Shown piece after piece: positions 51,901 to 60,317 of a stretch of 64,000 nucleotides of DNA. How positions within the stretch are numbered: position 1 is the stretch's first letter; each line of letters opens with the position of its first letter. The notes under the pieces were generated by a model. That model did not search any database. It had not been told where the DNA came from and was given only the letters and a program-made list of their open reading frames with translations. Source of the DNA: Dehalococcoidia bacterium (GTDB lineage: Bacteria > Chloroflexota > Dehalococcoidia > Bin125); contig CAXXSR010000001.1 in assembly GCA_963662615.2 (NCBI GenBank), positions 1,920,001-1,984,000 of the forward strand, written 5' to 3'. The translations under genes and the position numbers were made by a program.

Positions 51901-52569
51901 ATGGGCCAGCGCGTCGCCACGCGCCTTGCTCTGTCCGAAGGCTTTGAGCGTCGCGAGGCCTTGGATGGAGTCCAGAAAATCAGCTGCAAAGGCCCCGTAA
52001 GCCGTTCGTCGCCGCTCGCTGCTGGCCGCGTTGAGCCGGTGGAAGATCGACGGGATGATGAGGGCGAACAGAGCGAAGCCCAGGTAGATCCCCGCCGTAG
52101 GCAAGTCCAAGAACGCCATGAAGATGAAGATGCCAGCGGGCGCCAGAGCGGCGGTGAAGAATTGGGGCAGGTACTGCCCAAAGTACGTCTCCAGCTGCTC
52201 CACCCCCTCCACGAGGGTGGCGCTGACATCACCCGTGCGTTTCTGATCGAAATGCGCCGGCCCCAATTCGAGCGCCTTGTCGTACAACCGCCGCCGCAGC
52301 GTGCGCTGCACAGCCGCGGCAGTGCGAACGGCGACCGTCTCCTTCCCGAATTGGAGGACCACGCGAAGGACGGTGACGCCGGCGATGCCGATAATGGGAG
52401 CAATGAGGGAGTCGATCGAGCGGCCGTCGAACACCCGCCCCACGAGCCAGCCGAGAAGAGCAAGGCGGGCAATGCCGCTCGCCGCCGCGGCGAGGCCGAA
52501 AAAGACGGCCAGGGCGATCCTCAGCCGGACGCCCTCGGTGTATTGCCAAAGGCGGAGGCTGAAGTACAT
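48967..52569 (-). CDS. Fused (TMD-NBD)x2 ABC exporter, CydD/CydC-like
   Basis: GRSGSGKT/LSGGERQR/LDEA and GPSGAGKT/LSGGQRQR/LDEA; YFGQYLP and HDVAFRLL are CydDC-like. Confidence 0.88.
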   Translation of the reverse strand: MYFSLRLWQYTEGVRLRIALAVFFGLAAAASGIARLALLGWLVGRVFDGRSIDSLIAPIIGIAGVTVLRVVLQFGKETVAVRTAAAVQRTLRRRLYDKALELGPAHFDQKRTGDVSATLVEGVEQLETYFGQYLPQFFTAALAPAGIFIFMAFLDLPTAGIYLGFALFALIIPSIFHRLNAASSERRRTAYGAFAADFLDSIQGLATLKAFGQSKARGDALAHRAHEVFRSTMMVLASNSATQAVTVGGIAIGAAVALAVGATRVNSGAMDFQVLLIILMLGLEVFRPLRELSLLFHQGLLGISAAQGVFNMMEAQPAVADVERERHALAGSRPSIQFDGVTFSYPSGRGPALQDVSFHVEPGDRVGIVGRSGSGKTTLMWLVQRMYEPQQGRILLCGHDLRELSFDQIRSQMAVVTQDTYLFHGTVADNLRFGRPSATPAELQEAARAANAHEFISRLPQGYDTAVGERALKLSGGERQRIAIARALLRDAPILVLDEALSSVDAENEATIQEALSRLMAGRTTLIMAHRLSSVIDCKQILVLEEGRLVESGAHAQLLAGGGAYAQLMADQAFDSERIETPPPTSAADVVAADAQVAVRDEAAELEPTDGILRAEGMGWAETVRELLSLVAPQRLKLAGSFLFGVSYFLGFLSIGVISALMVANVRNGDPIGALVAVLILIAVLSALFRWLESWISHDVAFRLLSEMRIALFRKLDGLAPGYLLRRRTGDLVAMATQDVETVEYFFAHTIANSFVAIVVPAGVLITLLVFGWPLALGLLPFLVVAATSPLLTRVSIDTLGSDARTNLAALNAHAVDTLQGMREIVVFQRSSARKGEFDELAREYLPLRVAFNGQIAAQRALLELLMGLGGLTVLSIGAAMAASGDLAPTTVPLLTLLAMGSFLPITELAQIGRRLGDTLGATRRLAAVHAETVTVTDGPGVVGSAEKPARAAFDGVEFRYEHASGPALRGVTFQMRPGATIALVGPSGAGKTTAAHLLLRFWDPSTGRIALDGSDLREYRLDEMRGRIALVAQDTYIFNASIRENLLVARPDATEKELGDAMEQGGLTEFVASLPERLDTPVGERGMQLSGGQRQRVAIGRALLKDSPVLVLDEATSHLDALNERLVRDGLSELMSDRTTLVIAHRLSTVRDADLIVVLSQGDVVEAGTHDELIGRGGLYARLAGAQMAGTAAAGASGD

Positions 52570-52809
52570 TCGCCGCTCATATCGCTAGAGACGCTGGATC
52601 ACGCTGCGTTGACTGCAACGCAATCGTCTACAGAAATGATTCTATGTGCAGTTCCCGCAAGCGCCACCGAACTCCCGAAGGCGTTGCACCAGTGGGAGGG
52701 TGGCGCGGAAGCGATTATCATGCCTTCGCACCGGCCCAGGGGAGGCGGGGATCCCGTCGCCAACCGACCGGAGCGCGCGGCGCTCCCAGAGATCAGGAGG
52801 TGACACGAG

Positions 52810-53037
52810 ATGTGGCTCTCCACTGACGACAAGATGGAGACCATGCAACTCATCGCTCGCTACAACCAATCCATCGATCTGGGCAAGTTCGACGACCACG
52901 CCGGGACGTTCACGGAGGACGGCGTCTTCATTGGGATTATGGGCCGATTTCAGGGCCACGAGGAGCTGAGGCAGCACGCCGGCGCAGGCGACCCGATTGG
53001 CTCGTGCAAACCAGACCCCAGCACGGACGGCCTCTAG
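52810..53037 (+). pseudogene. SnoaL/NTF2-like protein, truncated
   Basis: LSTDDKMETMQLIARYNQSID..FTEDG..FQGHEEL; ends early against the convergent SDR; AGGAGG RBS. Confidence 0.6.
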
Positions 53038-53840
53038 CCCGTGAAGATGCCGCCCGTGGGGAAGAGGATTTCGCCCGTGTAGAAGCTGGCTTCCTCCGAG
53101 GCGAGGAACAGGGCGGTGTTGGCGACATCCTCAGGCCGTCCGATGCGGCCCAAGGGCGACACGTTCTCGAGCCAGTTCTGCATCACCGCTTCATCCCGCT
53201 GGATGTATTCGGACATGGGCGTGTCGATCAGCCCCGGCCCGATCGCATTCACCCGGATCTTGTGAGGCGCAAGCTCCACGGCCAGCACCTTCGTCAGCAT
53301 CCAGACGCCGGCTTTCGAGGCGCGATAGTCGGCTGAGCCCGGCCTCACAGTCTTCGCCCCGTGGGACGCGATATTGATGATGGAGCCGCCCTTACCGGCG
53401 CCGATCATGCGCCGCGCGACGGCGCGTTCCGTCAACATGGTGCCGGTGAGGTTGACGGCAAGCACCTCTTGCCAGTGCTCCAGCGCCTTGTCCACGACGT
53501 GGCGGCCCAAGGCGCCGGCGGTGGTGGGGTCGTCGCCGCTGACATAGCCGGCGTACATGATCCCCGCGGCGGCCACCAGCACGTCGATGCGTCCGAACTC
53601 CGCGACGGCAGCGGCGGCCAGCGCCTCGCAGTCGTGCTCCTCCTTGATGTTCGTCAGCACGAAAATCGCCCTGCGGCCGAGCCGTTCCACCGCCTGAACC
53701 GTCTCCGCGCCGCGGCCGGCAAGGAGGTCGGCGACGACGACGTACGCTCCTTCCTCAGCGAAGCGCACTGCAGTCGCCCGACCAATGCCGCTGGCACCAC
53801 CGGTGATCACCGCAATTTTGCCGTCGAGACGTCCAGGCAT
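53034..53840 (-). CDS. Short-chain dehydrogenase/reductase
   Basis: TGGASGIG, YRASK, NAIGPG. Confidence 0.92.
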   Translation of the reverse strand: MPGRLDGKIAVITGGASGIGRATAVRFAEEGAYVVVADLLAGRGAETVQAVERLGRRAIFVLTNIKEEHDCEALAAAAVAEFGRIDVLVAAAGIMYAGYVSGDDPTTAGALGRHVVDKALEHWQEVLAVNLTGTMLTERAVARRMIGAGKGGSIINIASHGAKTVRPGSADYRASKAGVWMLTKVLAVELAPHKIRVNAIGPGLIDTPMSEYIQRDEAVMQNWLENVSPLGRIGRPEDVANTALFLASEEASFYTGEILFPTGGIFTG

Positions 53841-54118
53841 CTCTGGATCCTTCCGCTCCCCGAGGGCGCGGATGAATTCTAGCGATTCCCGCCTCCGACG
53901 GTGACCACAACTGGGCACGCGGCATCAGGCGCGGAGGGCGGCGGCGGAGACGCATGCCGCGCTGACCGGAGACTGAGCCCCATGAAGCACAGAGGCCGAG
54001 TGACGGCTTCCTTCCTCATCTCTCGCCGCGCCTACCCATTTCGGTGATCCAGAACGTGCCACGACAGGCAATGCTGGGCGCAGAGATTCGTCCGCCAGTT
54101 GGTAGGAGAGGTGTCCCC

Positions 54119-55042
54119 ATGACCGATTCCTCAGAATCAGACGCACCCATCAAGCAGCTCTCCCAGGCGCTGGAACACGCGGTCAAGCGCGCGGCCACGT
54201 CCACGGTGCTGGTCAACGCGCGGCGCCGGATGCCCGCGAGCGGAATCGTCTGGTCCGGCGACGGCCTGGTTCTGGCGGCGGCGCACACGCTGGAGCGCGA
54301 TGACGAGATCACGGTGGGGCTCCCCGACGACCGGGAAGTGCCGGCGACGCTGGTGGGGCGTGATGCCGGATCGGACCTCGCGGTGCTTCGCATGAACGGG
54401 GGAACGGCTGAACCTGTTGAGCGTGCCGATTCCGACTCAGCCGCCATCGGCCACCTGGTCCTTGCCGTCGCCCGACCGGCTCCCGGCGGGCCCATGGCGT
54501 CCATGGGCGTCATCAGCGCCCGAGGGGGCGCGTGGCGCACCCGCGCAGGCGCCGCGGTGGGGGGGTTCCTGCGTGCCGACCTGACGCTCTACCCGGGGTT
54601 CTCCGGCGGCCCACTCGTGGATCAGTCAGGACGCACGCTCGGGATGAACACCTCGCACTTCGCGCGCGGCGGCGGCTTCGCGATCCCCATCGCCGCGGCT
54701 CAGCCCATTGTGGAGGCCCTGATCTCGCACGGCCGCGTCCGCCGCGCTTTTCTCGGCGCCTCGAGCCAACCCACGCAATTGCCGAACGCGCTCGCAGCGA
54801 AGGTTGGAGGCCAGCGCGACGGGTTGCTCGTCACCGCCGTCGAAGAAGGGAGCCCCGCCGACGGCGCCGGTCTGCTCATCGGCGATGTGCTCGTGGCAAT
54901 GGGGGGCAATCCGATTCGCGACACAGATGACCTTCTCACCGCCCTGGCACCGGAACGGATTGGGGCACTCACCAAGTTGACCGTGCTGCGCGGTGGAGAT
55001 CCCACGGAATTGACGGTCCAGCTTGGAGCGCGTCCATCGTGA
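54119..55042 (+). CDS. Trypsin-like (S1C) serine protease with PDZ domain
   Basis: AAH / SDLAV / PGFSGG triad, C-terminal PDZ, no signal peptide. Confidence 0.85.
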   Translation: MTDSSESDAPIKQLSQALEHAVKRAATSTVLVNARRRMPASGIVWSGDGLVLAAAHTLERDDEITVGLPDDREVPATLVGRDAGSDLAVLRMNGGTAEPVERADSDSAAIGHLVLAVARPAPGGPMASMGVISARGGAWRTRAGAAVGGFLRADLTLYPGFSGGPLVDQSGRTLGMNTSHFARGGGFAIPIAAAQPIVEALISHGRVRRAFLGASSQPTQLPNALAAKVGGQRDGLLVTAVEEGSPADGAGLLIGDVLVAMGGNPIRDTDDLLTALAPERIGALTKLTVLRGGDPTELTVQLGARPS

Positions 55043-55680
55043 CGAGCGAGGTGATCGCGGTGCAGCCGGCCGGTGCCCTGCCTTTGCCCGTAGCCACGCT
55101 CGATGCCTCCCTGGCTGCCGTGGCCGGCCGGCTCCAGCGAGCGGTCGTGGTGGTTCAGAGCCGCTCTGGGAGCGGCGCCGGCACCGTCTGGCGAGGCGAT
55201 GGGCTGATCGTGACGAATAGCCACGTCGTGCCGGGCCCTGGCACGGTCGTCACAACGTGGGACGGCCGCGCCTTGCCGGCGGTAGTCATCGCCCGTGATG
55301 ACCATTCCGATCTCGCCCTTCTTCAGGCGGAAGCCAGCGACCTGCCGATGGTTCCTCTACGCCCCAGCGATCAAGCGAGAGTCGGTGAGATCGTGGTGGC
55401 TATCGGTCATCCTTGGGGTACAGCGCGCGCCATGAGCCTCGGCATCGTCCTCGCCGCGCCGGACTCGCGGCCCGCGAACGGGCTCTCGCTCGGCGGCGCC
55501 ATCCTGGCCGATATCGTATTGGGCCCTGGAAACTCCGGAGGCCCGTTGGCGGACGCTGGCGGGTACGTCATTGGCATCAATACGCTGGTGGTGGACGGGA
55601 TGGCTGTCGCTGTCCCGAGTAACCGGGTAGAGGAGTTCGTGGGCCGGCGCGGCCCGGCCGGGAGCTGCGACTCGGCCTGA
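55039..55680 (+). CDS. Trypsin-like serine protease without PDZ
   Basis: TNSH / SDLAL / GNSGG; GTGA-coupled to the preceding gene. Confidence 0.85.
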   Translation: MTSEVIAVQPAGALPLPVATLDASLAAVAGRLQRAVVVVQSRSGSGAGTVWRGDGLIVTNSHVVPGPGTVVTTWDGRALPAVVIARDDHSDLALLQAEASDLPMVPLRPSDQARVGEIVVAIGHPWGTARAMSLGIVLAAPDSRPANGLSLGGAILADIVLGPGNSGGPLADAGGYVIGINTLVVDGMAVAVPSNRVEEFVGRRGPAGSCDSA

Positions 55681-55709
55681 ACGGCCGCAGGCGTGAACGG
55701 ACGGAGCCC

Positions 55710-56351
55710 ATGACGTTCCCGTCAATCCGCGTGGTGGTCGCGGCCGCCTCCCCGTCCGCGCGGGCAGGGCTCCGACGCCTGCTCGCTGACCTTGAGGACG
55801 TGGAGATCATCGGCGACGTCGATCCCCGCCTGCCCGAAGGGGACGCCCTCATTGTGCAGGCCGATGTGGTCGTGCTGGAGGTGGACGGGGACGAGGCGGT
55901 AAGCAGCGGGGAGCTGCTGGAGTGGTTGGGCGGCGCTCGCGCCGTCGTCCTCGGCGCCGGCGTGAAGATGGCGGACCAGCTCGCGAGCGCCGGGCAGGAA
56001 TTCGCGCTTCTTCCCATCCACACCCATCCCCGCGAACTCGCCGCAGCGATTCGGGCCGTGCGGGAAGGGCTGGTGGTCTATGATCCCGCGCTCTCCGGCG
56101 TGCGGTCGTTCACCCGATCACTGAACGGAGATGCCGGCCCGCTGGAGACTGGTGACGCTCTGTCCGAACGGGAGCGCGAAGTGTTGCGGTTGCTTGCCGA
56201 AGGGCTGACGAACAAACGGATCGCGCAGCGCCTCGGCATCAGTGAACACACGGCGAAATTTCACGTGAGCGCGATCCTCAGCAAACTGGGCGCGGAGAGC
56301 CGCACAGAGGCCGTCGCCATCGCGACGCGGCGCGGGTTGGTCGCGCTCTAG
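55710..56351 (+). CDS. NarL-type regulator with degenerate receiver
   Basis: LuxR HTH (LSEREREVL..TNKRIA..TAKFHV); receiver lacks the acidic pocket (VVVAAAS) and phospho-Asp (VVLE). Confidence 0.85.
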   Translation: MTFPSIRVVVAAASPSARAGLRRLLADLEDVEIIGDVDPRLPEGDALIVQADVVVLEVDGDEAVSSGELLEWLGGARAVVLGAGVKMADQLASAGQEFALLPIHTHPRELAAAIRAVREGLVVYDPALSGVRSFTRSLNGDAGPLETGDALSEREREVLRLLAEGLTNKRIAQRLGISEHTAKFHVSAILSKLGAESRTEAVAIATRRGLVAL

Positions 56352-56515
56352 TCGATGCTGACAGCGCCGGCGGCGCGAAGAGGCAGGGCGGAGCCTCTTG
56401 CTCTGCAACGCCTCGCGGCGCGAGACTGTGGCAATCGGGCCGCGCCGTATCGACTTCGGAGGGGCGCGCCGCCCCATCCCACGACCCCGATCTGGAAGGG
56501 ACAAAAGGGTTAGCC

Positions 56516-57697
56516 GTGAAGATCGCGAACGTCCGCCACTACCTCGTGCACCCATCCGCCGACGCCGCCAAACGCCCGGACCGTTATACCGCCGAGAAGA
56601 ACCTCCTGTTCGTGCGGGTGGAGACAGAGGACGGACTGCATGGCTGGGGCGAGTGCTACACGCAGGCGGATCGCGACACCCAGATCGCGGCGCACGTGGA
56701 GCAGCTGAAGCGGTACGTCGTCGGCCGCGATGCCTCGCACATCAAGCACTTCACCACCTCCGCCTATGACGACTTCATAGGGCGGCGTGGCGCGATGGAT
56801 TACTACAGCGCTGTGAGCGGGATCGAGCAGGCGCTGTGGGACATCGCCGGCAAGCGGTTGGGAGCGCCGGTGCATGCGCTCTTGGGCGGCGCCTGCCGCG
56901 ATCGCCTGCGTGTGTACGCCAACGGCTGGGCGCGGTCACGAAGCCACGAGGAGCTGGCCGAGCGCGCGCGGGAGATGGTGGCCCGGGGCTTTACCGCGAT
57001 GAAGTTCGATCCCGTGCCGGGTCCCTGGCGGACATACATCAGCAGGGAGCAGGAGCGGGAAGCGATTGAGCGGGTGCGAGTGGTGCGTGAGGCCGTAGGC
57101 CCGGACATCGACGTGCTTGTGGAGATGCATCGCCGGCTCGCGCCAATGCACGCGGTACGCATTGCGGAGGGGATCGCGCCCTATGCGCCGTTCTGGTACG
57201 AGGAGCCGGTCCTGGCAGAGAACGTGGACGCGCTGGCGTCCGTCCGCCGCGCGATATCGCTGCCCGTCGTCACCGGCGAGGAGCTCTACACAAAGTTTGA
57301 GTTCCGCGAAGTGTTCGAAAAGCAGGCAGCGGACATCATCAACCCGGACGTCTGCAACGTGGGCGGCATCCTGGAGCTGAAGGAGATCGCCGCCATGGCC
57401 GAACCGTATTTCGTCGCCGTGGCGCCGCACAACTACAACAGCACGACGGTGGGGCTGGCCGCGACCCTGCACGTGTCGGCCGCCATCCCGAACTTTCTGA
57501 TCACGGAGTACTTCGTGAACTTGGAGGCCTGGGGGCGGGAGGTCGCCGACCCGCCCTTTGAGGTGGTCGACGGGTACATCGCCCTGCCGGACACGCCCGG
57601 CCTTGGCATCGACCTCGACGAAAGCGCGCTCGCCCGCTTCCCCTACGAGCCGTTCCCCGCCCGCCCGATTCGCGAGCCGCACGACGAAGGGCCGTAA
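56516..57697 (+). CDS. Galactonate dehydratase-like enolase superfamily enzyme
   Basis: GWGE, IEQALWDI, KFD, EMH, YEEP, TGE, NPD, APHN. Confidence 0.88.
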   Translation: MKIANVRHYLVHPSADAAKRPDRYTAEKNLLFVRVETEDGLHGWGECYTQADRDTQIAAHVEQLKRYVVGRDASHIKHFTTSAYDDFIGRRGAMDYYSAVSGIEQALWDIAGKRLGAPVHALLGGACRDRLRVYANGWARSRSHEELAERAREMVARGFTAMKFDPVPGPWRTYISREQEREAIERVRVVREAVGPDIDVLVEMHRRLAPMHAVRIAEGIAPYAPFWYEEPVLAENVDALASVRRAISLPVVTGEELYTKFEFREVFEKQAADIINPDVCNVGGILELKEIAAMAEPYFVAVAPHNYNSTTVGLAATLHVSAAIPNFLITEYFVNLEAWGREVADPPFEVVDGYIALPDTPGLGIDLDESALARFPYEPFPARPIREPHDEGP

Positions 57698-57817
57698 GAC
57701 GGCAGGCGAACCCGCTATGGACGAATGGTCGAACGGCCGAAGTGCGCGGCACCTGGATCGGAGCATCTGCCGCCCCGTCCGTGGCCCGCCGCCATTCGCG
57801 TGGGGATGTCCGTGCGC

Positions 57818-58070
57818 TCAACCTTTGACGACGCCGATGGGACGCATCCGCGCCACGGCGCGGGCGATGCCGGCCTGCTCCAGCACCCCCACCACTTCCG
57901 CCACGTCCTTGTAGGCCTCGCTCGCCTCCTCCGCCAGGGCGGCACGGTTCTGGCAGCGGACCATGATTCCCTTTGCCTCCAGGCGCTTGACGAGATCGAC
58001 GCCTCGCAGCATGCGCTTGGCCGCGTGCCGACTCTGCACGCGGCCGGCGCCGTGACAGGCCGATCCGATC
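57818..58070 (-). pseudogene. rtcB: RtcB RNA ligase C-terminal remnant
   Basis: GSACHGAGR..SR..AKR..EEASEAYKDV..VV..MRPIGVVKG; N-terminal ~80% absent. Confidence 0.75.
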
Positions 58071-58164
58071 TCGGTGCGGAATGCACCTAGCTCGGCGATC
58101 ATGACCTTGATGCCGAGCGGCGCGAATCTCGAACGAGACTGTCAGACCCGCGCTGCGTAGGATT

Positions 58165-58207
58165 CTATGTCGGACGGATCTGTTCGACATGAGTCGGGTT
58201 GAACGCC
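58165..58207. repeat. REP-like palindrome, isolated copy
   Basis: CTATGTCGGACGGATCTGTTCGACATGAGTCGGGTTGAACGCC; same family as the 59958-60286 copies. Confidence 0.7.
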
Positions 58208-58441
58208 GTCCGGGGGCAGAGCAGGGGCGTATGGCGGCGCGCCGGGCTATACAAGCGCCCCCTGATCAGCTATACAGAAGGCCGATTTTTCGGCGCTGCG
58301 ATCAGATGGTGGCTGGGGTGCGGCACCGGCCGGGAAGCCTTGCGAACTCCGGTCGGGTGTCTGTAGGCGACCGGGCAGTGAGGGCAGGCGGCACGCGCAG
58401 CGCTCGGCGCGGTCCGCAGCAGACTGACGAAGGAGAGACGA

Positions 58442-59833
58442 ATGCTTGAACTTGCGATCTTCCAGACCGGGCCGACGGACCTGCCCAGCGTCGCCGCGGA
58501 AGGGATCCGCGTGAACTTGGGCACGTTGGCCGAGACGCACGAGAGCTTCCAGCGGGGGCTGGTGGACCAGATCCGCCAGGGCATCCTGGCCGAGGAGCTG
58601 GGCTTCAACTACTGTTTCCCAACGGAGCACCACTTCCAACCCGAGGGCGTGGAGTTCAGCCCCAATCCGCTGTTCACGGGGATGGCGATCGCGGCCCGAA
58701 CCAAGCGCATCCGCCTGGGGCAGATGGCCAACATCCTCTCCTGGCACCACCCCATCCGGCTGGCGGAGCAGGCGGCCGCGCTGGACATCTTCAGCGGCGG
58801 CCGTTTGGACTTCGGGGTCGGCCGCGGCTATCAGTCGCGCGAGACGGAGACCTTAGGCGGGCCGCTGGGCACCACGGTTCAAGACCAGGAGCGCAACCGC
58901 GCCTTCTTTGATGAGGCGTTTCAGATCGTCCTCAAGGCCTGGACGGAGCCGTCCTTCTCCCACCAGGGCGAGTTCTTCAGCCTGCCGCCTACCTACACCA
59001 AGTGGAACCACAGCCAGACGATGGCCTACTTCAACCAGCCCCAGGTGGAGCGCAACGTGGACGACGTGCTCAACGTGGGGCCGCCGGACATGTACTCCAT
59101 GGGCGCGCCGGTCTACGCTAGCACCACCACGCTGAAGGAGATCAGCGTCTACCCGCAACCGCTGCAGAAGCCGCACCCGCAGATCTGGCAGCCCGTGACC
59201 AGCCCTCGCTCCATTGACTGGGCGGCGGCCAAAGGGGTGAACTGCTTCACGATCCCGGAGCCCAATTCGCGGCTGAAAGTCAACGTCGATCGCTACTACG
59301 AGCAGCTCGACAAGCACGGCTGGCCCGACCGCCTGAACCGCAAGGGGCCGTTCAAGTTCGGCTGGGACTCGGAAGTGCGCCGCGGCTTCACACCGGCGCG
59401 GTTCATCCACGTCCTCCCCCGCGGGAAGGAGAAGGAGGACCTGCAACGGTACAAGGAAGGCCTTGAGAACACCTGGCAGTTCTTTGCGCCCTTTGGCTTC
59501 GGCTCCATCCTCGCCGACGCGGACGAGCCGCCCTTCCCGCCCGACATGAAGATCACCGCCGACCTCACGATCGAGAAGGAGGTGGTGATCGTCGGCACGG
59601 CCGACGAGGTCGTGGAGAAGATCCTCAAGGTCAAGGAGACCGTGGGCTACGACGACTTCCTCTTCACCGGTGAGTTCGAGATGGGCGGATTCAGTGGTCA
59701 GGAGACCGAGGAACAGATGCGGATGTTCGCCGCCGACTGCGTCCCCCAGCTGGCGAAGGCCTGCGGCGGCCTCAAAGTGAACCCGGAGGTCGCCCCGGAC
59801 CTGGAAGTCTCGAAGGCGATCGCAGTTTCGTAA
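58442..59833 (+). CDS. LLM class (luciferase-like) flavin-dependent oxidoreductase
   Basis: AEELGF..TEHHF..SPNP..HPIRLAEQ..GRLDFGVGRG..PLQKPHP. Confidence 0.9.
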   Translation: MLELAIFQTGPTDLPSVAAEGIRVNLGTLAETHESFQRGLVDQIRQGILAEELGFNYCFPTEHHFQPEGVEFSPNPLFTGMAIAARTKRIRLGQMANILSWHHPIRLAEQAAALDIFSGGRLDFGVGRGYQSRETETLGGPLGTTVQDQERNRAFFDEAFQIVLKAWTEPSFSHQGEFFSLPPTYTKWNHSQTMAYFNQPQVERNVDDVLNVGPPDMYSMGAPVYASTTTLKEISVYPQPLQKPHPQIWQPVTSPRSIDWAAAKGVNCFTIPEPNSRLKVNVDRYYEQLDKHGWPDRLNRKGPFKFGWDSEVRRGFTPARFIHVLPRGKEKEDLQRYKEGLENTWQFFAPFGFGSILADADEPPFPPDMKITADLTIEKEVVIVGTADEVVEKILKVKETVGYDDFLFTGEFEMGGFSGQETEEQMRMFAADCVPQLAKACGGLKVNPEVAPDLEVSKAIAVS

Positions 59834-59957
59834 CCAGAACGGCGGATGGGCGGAGTCGCCGCCGCCGCAGCGAGAGCGGAGTCGCGTAATCGCACAATTG
59901 TCGTCATGACCATGGCCGGCGTGCTGGATTGCGTCGGCTGGGCGCCGAGCGGGCGGC

Positions 59958-60286
59958 TTCAAGTCGGACTCTATCTCGGAGAGATCTGTCCAAAATAGAG
60001 TCGGATTGAACGACCGAGATCGTTCCGAGATAGAAATCGGCGCGGAGGTTCTATCTGCCGGCTCCGGCGCCGCTGTGTCGGACAGACCTGTTCGACATTG
60101 AGCCTGCCCCGGTTTCCGCTCGCTCTCTCGGACGGCCTTCAATGGAACTCTCTGTTGGACAGACCTGTCCAATATCGAGTCGGGTTGAACGCCGGGTTGA
60201 CCGCGTCCAGAATCTCGAGCACCGTCCGGCGGCGGATCCGACGCCCAACTCTATGCCGGATAGATGTGTCCGAGATAGCGTCGGAT
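59958..60286. repeat. Cluster of four degenerate palindromes (core CTATGTCGGACAGATCTGTCCGACATAG) plus half copies
   Basis: Copies at 59958-60010, 60073-60102, 60138-60189 and 60247-60286; the fullest are bounded by TTCAA...TTGAA. Confidence 0.75.
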
Positions 60287-60317
60287 CGGCGCAGCGGAGA
60301 ACCAGACTGCCCCGTCA

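Noticed and set aside
52570-52810. Cobalamin or other riboswitch upstream of the ABC exporter
   Set aside because: A hairpin is present but no recognisable conserved riboswitch motifs
59958-60286. CRISPR array interpretation of the palindrome cluster
   Set aside because: Copies are too divergent, spacing is irregular and there are no cas genes in the window
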